Shown: positions 35,543 to 42,152 of the stretch, piece by piece
How the letters are laid out: each line of letters starts with the position of its first letter
How positions within the stretch are numbered: position 1 is the first letter of the stretch
NCBI GenBank assembly: GCA_000934665.2
Contig: KZ538888.1
Location: 1-42,152 of the forward strand
Direction: 5' to 3'
Length of the DNA: 42,152 nt
Source of the DNA: Catajapyx aquilonaris
Lineage: Eukaryota
Translations under genes and position numbers: made by a program
The notes under the pieces: generated by a model
The model's database searches: none
What the model was told of the DNA's origin: nothing
Seen by the model: only the letters and a program-made list of their open reading frames with translations

Positions 35543-36563
35543 CGGCTAGACTTACGACAGTTTCATATTATAGGCTCTATAGCATAACCTTCCGTCAGAC
35601 CGTCACATAGGCGTCCGCGGAGGCTCGAATGTGTGGAAAGGAATACTATATACACACGTAAACTATCAGAATGCAATTTGATGGCAGTAGTCGCAGGCTC
35701 GCAGAACACTGGCAGTAACGATTTGCGGAGAAAATGTTGCGAAATTGATACCCGATGGCTTTACACCGGAACATTGGTCGCCTTTGAGCATATACTATGC
35801 CTCGGACAGATCGGTATGTTGTTCTGCGTTGCTGATTTCCGAGCTAAACAATGCATGTCGATGCTTAATGCACCGAAGATTAAGTGGCATACAGAGTGAA
35901 GATTGAACTCGCCCAGCGTCCTGCTGGACTACCCTGAGACGTAGACAGGTGTAGGTAAGAAAAGTACCCAGCATGTGGACGGATTTAGACGAACTGATAT
36001 AATTTCAATGAAAATGTAACTGTTTCACACGTTTCTGAGGCAATAGACACAAGAGACTCAGGATTTCTGCTTGTAGTGGAGGTGACGGGTAATGGATGCC
36101 AGTGCTTGGACCATTCATCGGCCTGCAAAAGATACAGATACAGGCTTCACCCAGGCTTCACCATACTGAACTGTAGGTCAGAGTTCATGCACTTTGATTC
36201 TCACTGTACCTTAGATCTTAGAAGCTTAGATGTTACCTTCGTCCTCATGCTGCCATTCATGTGACTGTGAGTGATCAAACTTGCCATGTTCGGCAATGTG
36301 TGCACACTGTCGAGGTAGAGTCGGGGGTAGTCGGGGGTTTCTGACCCGCATCTAGGCGGGGGGCCATCTATGGCGAACGGACCCCCCTGGGGGACTGCAC
36401 ACGACCCCCAACATGAGAGATTGCACATGCACCAGTGTCCCCGCCCTTCCTATCCTTACCTTGTCCCTGCACCAGCTACTGTAAAAAATAATAATAACAA
36501 AAATAAGGAACGTGTGATATACCCCCAGTTGGGGGTGAAAGTACTACCCCAGTTATTATTATA

Positions 36564-37030
36564 TAGTGGTTGATTGTGGATTTGTGCAATACTGATGGTG
36601 ACCTGTGTGGCATTCCAGTTTTACTTTAGGAACATCAACACCTTGAGACAGGTCGCTGCCCCTCAAAAATCCCGAAAAACTCCTAAATTCCCTCAGGCAT
36701 TTGCGGTGCATGTTTAGAAGGGAGTCCTGCCTAATTTGCTTTCTACTTCCTCATTTTTGAGGCACCTGTGCCTCACCCTACTCTACCGAAAATAAGCCGC
36801 TGAGCTTATACGGCGAAGGTGCATTGTCAAGGTTTCCTGTCCATCCTTTTCTTAGGCAGGACTCCCTTCTAAACATGCACCGCAAATGCCTGAGGAAATT
36901 TAGGAGTTTTTCGGGATTTTTGAGGGGCAGCGACCTGTCTCAAGGCTGTCCCCAGGTGATGTTCCTAAAGTAAAACTGGAATGCCACACAGGTCACCATC
37001 AGTATTGCACAAATCCACAATCAACCACTA
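36564..37030. mobile_element. Young foldback MITE with about 170-bp near-perfect arms; superfamily unassigned
   Basis: TAGTGGTTGATTGTGGATTTGTGCAATAC...GAGTCCTGCCTAA (36564-36734) mirrored at 36852-37030. Confidence 0.85.
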
Positions 37031-37936
37031 CACTGTGCACTGGAAGCAAAATAATTGCAGGGCGACAGCGCTGGGCCTTATAAAAATGTGTCCAATCAAT
37101 TAAAATCAAAAATCGTCCATCCAGATTTTGCCTACATCTCAATATAACATTTCAATCTTCATTTTAAGCGCAATTCAAAATTTTTTTTAAATGTCCATCG
37201 ATGGGGAAAATGCAAATCTAACATTTGGACGCCATCTTTAATTCGAAATGTTGCTTTTTCACACATATGTGTTCCACCACCTGAAGGGGTGTTGAAATAG
37301 CTTACAGTCCCATTAATCACATTTCGGATCTGTTACAATCTTGCGAAGTTATGGCCCTCCAACTGATGGCGGACCGAGCCAAAATTGGCAAATATCCGTA
37401 TCTTTCCCACCCTGTAGTTATGCAACCACGAGTCGCAGGGACAAACAAAATGAGGCACTTGCATAGATACATGGGTACTACAACATACTCGGTTTTGGTC
37501 GAAATCGGAAAAGATTTGTCGGGGAGGGGGGTCCAGTTGACGTGGAATGCCTTATATATAAGGCATAAGGATATAAGGCATTCCATATATATATATCCTA
37601 TTATTTTACATTGTGATCACGCCCACTTTGACAGCAGTACACTGCTGTGTGTAATCCCAGCTTAATGTTTGAGAAATGGAAAAAAAAAGAACTGAAGATT
37701 TGCAACACTGACATCAACATTGTAGCTCAGTATACCTGGCTTGCAGCACTAGCTTTCACTTTATTAGTGCACACCACAGTTCACACTGTCAAGCACCATT
37801 TACACCAAAAATCAAGCAAAATAAGTAGATGTCCTGCAGATTGCTTACCTTACTAGCATGCATTCCCCGATCCATAGTGCACGCCACGAGTCCGTATTTC
37901 CATCGCAAGTCACTAATCAAATCAACCCAAGCTATA

Positions 37937-38334
37937 CAGGGTGGACAAACTTCAAGTGTCGTTTTATAACGGCGATTAATAGCAGTGATTTTGCGATGAC
38001 GTAGCAGCGACGTGTAAAATGTCCCACTTCGGCGCCATCGAAAATATTAGCTGCCAATAGCAGCTCACGCGTAATCAACCCTGCTGCTGCATGGGTTGAC
38101 CTGGAAAAAAGTAGGTGCACACATGACCTGAGATGCGCCTGGGTGAAATGGGTGACGCCCAAGGCACCAGATGGACCATGGACCTGTAATGCAAGAGAGA
38201 AGCCTGCAAACGAAACACAGCTAATATTTTCGATGGCGCCGAAGTGGGCCATTTTACACGTCTCTGCTACGTCAATCGTAAAGCGCTTCTATTAATAGCT
38301 GCTATAAAACGACACTTGAAGTTGGTCCACCCTG
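37937..38334. mobile_element. Tc1/mariner-type MITE, copy 2 (inverted relative to 7680-8073)
   Basis: TA|CAGGGTGGACAAACTTCAAGTGTC ... GACACTTGAAGTTGGTCCACCCTG|TA; interior is the reverse complement of copy 1. Confidence 0.9.
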
Positions 38335-39596
38335 TATTATAATGAGAAAAGGTCATTTAGGTTGTCATCTTATTGGAGGCAGAGCCTTATTACACTCAGG
38401 TATGGTACCTTAGAAAATAGCATAATTTTAGTCATTTTGCCATTATCTCCATCCAGGTTAAAATGAATCACACGCTAAAGATTGTCAGGAAACAGTTTTT
38501 TACTCTGTAATGTACACAAAAAATCTCAGAATTATTACAAATGACTCACCATTAGTCACAATAATCCCTCTTTATATCCGATGTTATTAAAATAACAAGA
38601 CAGGTAGAAAATACAAAAGATGTTCCAGGCGACAGAAAATGGCCTAAAAATATTATTTGGCGCCCACTTTTGAAATACTTCTCACCACATACACGTCACA
38701 TTTATTATACCATACTTCTTGGATTTTTCCCCGTATCTCATACTTACATCTGAATATTCATGAGCACCATTTTGGCAAATTCCAACTAAACCACAATTTT
38801 GGGTTTATGCTTTTGGAAAACCATAATTTAAATGGACGTCTTTTTTCTTGTATACTCACACTATAATCTATTAAACTTCTTTTGCAGGAATAATTATGAA
38901 TCAGGAACTAGTTTGGTTTATAGAAAAAAAGGATCACATATGGAGTTTTAATACATTTCTGTACGGGCAAATGAGACAGAGTTGCTTTTTTTTGGTAAAA
39001 TTTCTTCTAACCTAAATATTACTCTCGCTTGCTTAATAATTATCAACTGTGACTTAACGCAAATTTTGAAATCAGGATTCGAAAATGTACAGATGACCTA
39101 TTGTTTACGCTAAGGTAGCAAAACCTACAACTTCTGAAAAATGTAGCATGAATCAGTTTCAAAGTTCAAGCATACATCACAACAATGCTACTCTCAGTTG
39201 TCTATTTTGCTATTTGTAAATGTATTTCTGTCTACTTTTTCTGAATGCAGAAATCCAATATCCAGACTAACTAATGCTTTCCATTTCGAACATTCTCTGC
39301 AAGGTGTTCCCACATGCTTGGTCAAATGAAAGAGCATCAGTTTTGTAATGTGCGTATCCAAAGATTCCATCTGTAAATTTTCCCAACTCCTGACAATGTC
39401 CAAGTCTCATTTTCTGTCATCTTACAATGATTAATTACTTGAAAGAGCCAGTCCATTTTTAAAAATTAGAAGCTACTTGACAAATGCTGTTCTGTTGTAT
39501 GTCCTTCACCTTTTTGCTCCATTCTTGACTAAATTCAGTCATTTCCAAACTAAATTCCAACAGTTTGGTATCTTCATTCCATTAAATAATGCAATC

Positions 39597-39683
39597 TCAT
39601 TTCAGGAGCGTTTTGATTTCCTCCTTTTCTGCAGCTTCGAAATATGTAAGACCATCTGGAGTCGTACCCTTTTTAGATGCACC
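39597..39683 (-). CDS. MTPN: Myotrophin (V-1) last coding exon (GASKKGTTPDGLTYFEAAEKEEIKTLLK*); upstream exons lie right of the window
   Basis: Translated by hand. TTTTTCCAG acceptor, phase 0, TGA stop. Aligns with the myotrophin C-terminus (vertebrate [28 protein letters not shown]). A long AT-rich 3' UTR-like tract follows. Confidence 0.88.
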   Translation of the reverse strand, partial: GASKKGTTPDGLTYFEAAEKEEIKTLLK

Positions 39684-39738
39684 CTGGAAAAATAATTGCT
39701 ATTTGAGTATTTTCTGTAATATTACTCTTATGAATTAA

Positions 39739-39893
39739 CCCTGTAATGCCCCTTGGGTCATATCTGGCACACCATTTAGTGCAATTTGGCACTTACAGGA
39801 AATATAAAAATGGCAAAAGTTGCAAAAATTGCACAAAATGGTGTGCCAGATATGACCCAGTGGGTATTACTTAGATTAGTGGGCATTACAGGG
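39739..39893. mobile_element. piggyBac-type MITE in the last myotrophin intron
   Basis: TTAA|CCCTGTAATGCCC ... GGGCATTACAGGG|TTAA, with the internal IR TGGGTCATATCTGGCACACCATTT. Confidence 0.88.
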
Positions 39894-40049
39894 TTAAAAA
39901 TGAACAGTGCAACATCCATACTTTACCACCATACCACTGTACTTTCAAATCGTAAATTGTTTTTCACTTTCTTGCAAAATTTCATATCAAATCCACACTG
40001 CGGAATCCAAAAATGTCACTCATTTGTGTGTGACACATGTAGCTAATTA

Positions 40050-40578
40050 CAGGACGTTTCTTACTGGTATGGCCAATGGCTGTCAGCGTATTCCTAGGGC
40101 CAAAACAAGTCGAAAATGTAAGGGGAAGAAATGTCGAGGGACCAACTGGTAACAAGGTCGATGACCAGAAACATTGGCCTACCCCTAGACACATGTGGTA
40201 ACACACATTGCACCTCTTTGTAGGGAGATCTCTTGGCAGATGGACTCGTTTGCCTTACAGTGGCTGCCTATGGAGCAGGATATGAGCATGATGATCATGA
40301 CTGTTGATATTTTGCAAGATTACAGAAGCCATTATCATGCTCATATCCTGCTCCTTAGGCACCCACTGCAAGGTGTGCTAGTCCATCTTCCAGGAGATCT
40401 CCCTACAAAGAGGTGCAATGTGTGTTGCAGCATGTGTCTACGGGTAGGCCAGTGTTTCTGGTCATCTACCTCGTCACCAGTTGGTCCCTTGACATTCTCC
40501 CACATTCATTTTAAACTTGGTTTGGGCCAAGGAATACATTGACTGCTGTTGGCCATACTAGTAAGAAACCCCACCCTC
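40050..40578. mobile_element. Full-length palindromic MITE with degenerate Tc1/mariner-like ends
   Basis: About 250-bp imperfect arms from GTTTCTTACTGGTATGGCCAA to TTGGCCATACTAGTAAGAAAC, centred near 40310. Confidence 0.78.
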
Positions 40579-40980
40579 TATACAGGTGATGGAAAACCAT
40601 GGATTAACACTCCTTGCCAACTCATAAGGCAAAATTATCCCAGTTGACTGTGATGATTTCACTTTCATTGCAAATAATATTCCTTGCTCAGGTTACAAAC
40701 GCCCCATTAATAGCATGTGTAATTATTCAAAACTCTACTAGCAATAATCTCCATAAAGACACCAAAATGGTCAAAATCAATCGGGGTAATTTTCTATTGC
40801 AAATTTGCAAGGAGTCTACATCCAAGAAGAAGTGTGCACCTTTTCCACCACCATGTATAAAAGGATGTGGGGTCATGTTTCCACAGAAGGAATATGGCCC
40901 ACCTCGTTATTTAAAAACTTGCAAAGCTGACACCACAATATACGACATATCATCCAGTTTGTGGTGCCTATTGTGACATT

Positions 40981-41061
40981 GTATCAACGGTTCAAAAAGA
41001 ATTGTCCCTCGCGTCGAGCGGGCAGCCACGCGAGGGACAATTCCTTTTGGACTGATGATAC
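40981..41061. repeat. About 80-bp hairpin
   Basis: AATTGTCCCTCGCGT / ACGCGAGGGACAATT stem with imperfect outer extension. Confidence 0.65.
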
Positions 41062-42094
41062 CAGAAAAAAGGGCTCCTTTTAAGTACGTATGTTTACGTT
41101 AGAATAAACATTTAGTGCAGTAGTTTTGATACAGGAGGTAACTTGCCAATGGGACAACTACCAAGGTAATGTACAGTACCTAATATGTTAGAAGTCAATG
41201 TTACCCACATGACTGTAGATTACCTGTTATGTCCACACTAGGGCCCTACATAATAAATAATTGTTTGATTAGAGTCAAATGTTCAATTATGGGTGGAAGT
41301 TTTGCTTTGTCAGCTAGCTACCACTGGATGATTGTTACAGTCCATTAAACGAAAGAACAATCTGACATCATCGATTTGTTACTGATTCCTAGTCAACAGA
41401 AATCTGCTAAACGCACCTCTGGAACGCATAATTTCATTATCCACATAGGTTGGCGAGCCGATGCCGAATCGAAGAGCTTCGGCAAATGCCGCCAGGTGGC
41501 TGCAAATAAAAAATGACAAAATGCGGGGTTTGCGATGGCGCGCGTTGCATATACTTATAATTTTAACAGCAACCATTTAGCCCGCTATTATGGGCAGCAT
41601 ATTGACCATAACATAAAACATAATTATTATTATGTCTTTGCGCGGCAGATTTGAATGCGCCAAGACTGATTTCCTTCTTACTCCTCCTGCAACGAGGGTT
41701 CCGGTGCGACAAACGGTCATGTCATTGGTGACCCAAGGTGATGCCATGCCCACGTGATGTCCAGGTGATGCCGCCCGGTGGAAATAATAAAACATGCCCT
41801 TACCAAAATTACAGAACACCTCGAGGTCGTGTTTGCAGCGCACCATCGCAGGTAGACCCACTTTATATTGCTGTAAAAGGCAGAGGAACTTTAACACATG
41901 ATTTGCAACATTTTTCCAATTATATTTTTATTTTCTTACTCTCAATGCCCCCACCGAAACATTTGAATCAATGCATGTAGATAAGGAATGCGGCCTAACT
42001 TTGCGTTTCTCGACCGGTGTGGCATAGCCATGCTCTTTTGACGATTGCTGTTGGCCTTTGGGCCGTCCTAACCTCACACCCTGTCGGCCAGTTA

Positions 42095-42152
42095 GGGGCC
42101 GTCCATATACCACGTGACCGATTTTTGGCCACTTTTTGACCCCCCCCTCCCC
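42095..42152 (+). mobile_element. Left end of a PIF/Harbinger-type MITE, truncated by the window edge
   Basis: TTA|GGGGCCGTCCATATACCACGTGACC...TTTTTGACCCCCCCTCCCC is a typical Harbinger MITE end. The partner TIR is not visible. Confidence 0.5.

Noticed and set aside
39194..39403. 69-aa minus-strand ORF
   Set aside because: Lies downstream of the myotrophin stop codon in presumed 3' UTR; no ATG at its start and no recognisable homology.

Overview
This is eukaryotic, intron-containing DNA, most likely from a pancrustacean arthropod judging by the SVWC protein type and the transposon landscape. Four protein-coding genes can be built with canonical GT-AG junctions and matching phases. (1) SAMM50, minus strand: 8 coding exons from the ATG at 16284 down to 913; the C-terminal exon(s) lie off the left edge. 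(2) A secreted single-domain von Willebrand factor C (SVWC) protein of 139 aa, plus strand: TATA box, non-coding exon 1 and two coding exons at 24925-26218. (3) A divergent F-box/LRR protein of about 381 aa, minus strand, 29909-31127. (4) The last coding exon of myotrophin, minus strand, 39597-39683, which the ORF track misses. Introns and intergenic DNA are packed with non-autonomous elements: Tc1/mariner-, pogo/Tigger-, hAT-, PIF/Harbinger-, piggyBac- and Transib-type MITEs, a Helitron and two tRNA-derived SINEs with target-site duplications (TSDs), several of them nested. I see no intact transposase, CRISPR array or prokaryote-type system, and most short ORFs in the track are artefacts of repeat DNA. 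The most interesting items are a 2.2-kb CACAGTG-terminated Transib-like foldback between two convergent genes, an unusually long (about 1 kb) SINE, a mariner MITE made of two head-to-head 5' ends, and a remnant resembling mammalian Tigger4b. None is a demonstrated new biological system.
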